Below, piece by piece: positions 62,723 through 64,000 of a DNA stretch of 64,000 nt. The position numbers and the translations under genes are program-made. Position 1 is the first letter of the stretch. Each line of letters starts with the position of its first letter. Source of the stretch: Eledone cirrhosa (Eukaryota); assembly GCA_964016885.1 (NCBI GenBank), contig OZ024750.1, positions 36,642,001-36,706,000 of the forward strand. The letters are read 5' to 3'. The notes under the pieces are model-generated. The model did no database searches. It was not told where the DNA came from and saw nothing but the letters and a program-made list of their open reading frames with translations.

Positions 62723-63219
62723 GGTTTCTACAGCTGGATGCCCTCCCTAATGCCAACTACATCACAGCATGTACTGGGAGAAGGGTTTCTACAGCTGGAT
62801 GCCCTCCCTAGTGCCAACTACATCACAGCATGTACTGGGAGCAGGGTTTCTACAGCTGGATGCCCTCCCTAATGCCAACCACATCACAGCATGTACTGGG
62901 AGCAGGCTTTCTACAGCTGGATGCCCTCTCTAATGCCAACTACATCACAGCATGTACTGGGAGCAGGCTTTCTACAGCTGGATGCCCTCTCTAATGCCAA
63001 CTACATCACAGCATGTACTGGGATCAGGGTTTCTACAGCTGGATGCCCTCCCTAATGCCAACCACATCACAGCATGTACTGGGAGCATGGTTTTTACAGC
63101 TGGATTCCCTCACTAATACCAACCACATCACAGCATGTACTGGAAGCAGGGTTTCTACAGCTGGATTCCCTCCCTAATGCCAACCACATCACAGCATGTA
63201 CTGGGAGCAGGGTTTCTAC
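62723..63219. repeat. 61-bp tandem array x8 derived from the LINE/SINE tail module
   Basis: Unit starts 62723, 62784, 62845 ... 63211; unit ggtttctacagctggatgccctccctaatgccaacYacatcacagcatgtactgggagcag. Confidence 0.9.
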
Positions 63220-64000
63220 CTGTTGCCCTAAAACCAACCACACCACTATGTACTACATGTGTTTTATCATGACATCAGCACTTCCAGACAGAATGGTCTG
63301 GGTGATTTTTATCATAATTCTAGCACTACTACTTTACAGAGTGGACTAAGTGCTTTTTATTTTGATACCAGTCTTGTTTCATAACATGACAATTTATCTA
63401 ACCCAAGGTGGGCAAACTTTTTGGATCGGGGTCCACATTGACTGGGTCATGAACACCAGAGGGCCGAACCATTTATTACTTTTCTTCAGTTAGAATTTAG
63501 AAAATATAAAGATGTTAAACGAAGATGATGATGATGATGAAACTGCTTCATTATAATTCATAAATTAATAAAATGATTAAATACAAAATCTTAAAACAAA
63601 ATTTTCTTTAATTTGTGTCTGTATATCACAAAATATACCAGAACAAGCGATTTAATGAGACAAATGCAACTAGTCACAATTTGTTAAGATTTGTTGTGCC
63701 TGTTATTTGAAATAAAATGGTCACACTTGCCCTCTGTCTCTCTGTTTTCTCTGTTTTCTCCCGTACAAAAATGTAATTATATCTAGTCTCGGCTTAAGTA
63801 TTATATACAAAATATGTTTATTTTATTTATTTTTTTTTTTTATTATTAATTCACCGAATGCTTCCACAGGCCTCACAAAACTCTTTAGTGGTCTAATCCT
63901 GATCTAACCCATGCAAACATGGAAAATAGATGTCAAACAGTAATGATGGTGACAACTCACAAACATGCAAACTTATATTTTATATAAATGTGAATGAATG

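Noticed and set aside
62723-63219. CRISPR-like regular repeats (also 29905-30445)
   Set aside because: No unique spacers, no cas genes and a eukaryotic context; these are plain tandem repeats.
63403-63475. hAT-like left end (caaggtgggcaaactttt)
   Set aside because: No convincing matching right end or TSD found.

Overview
AT-rich eukaryotic DNA, intergenic or intronic, made almost entirely of repeats. The mix of tRNA-derived SINEs, RTE LINEs with (GAT)n tails, Penelope-like elements, Helitrons and dense TA/CA/CAT microsatellites resembles an octopus or other cephalopod genome; this is an inference and was not checked. I found no host protein-coding exon I can support. The long ORFs are either retroelement relics (RTE RT, Penelope RT+GIY-YIG, R4/Dong-like and CRE-like RLE, mariner) or by-products of two large tandem arrays: a 30-bp array at ~22.8-27.3 kb and an 18-bp array at ~34.5-36.65 kb. 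Four signals stand out. (1) Several minimal hammerhead-ribozyme motifs in Penelope-type terminal repeats are repeatedly folded back into DNA palindromes centred in or next to the ribozyme core. (2) A PHD-type C4HC3 zinc finger is inserted inside the RT domain of the RTE LINEs. (3) A 2.1-kb two-variant minisatellite grew from a SINE 3' end inside a 23-bp target-site duplication. (4) A Helitron appears to carry an inverted copy of sequence lying 3.4 kb away. All alignments were made by eye, and boundaries of degenerate copies are approximate.
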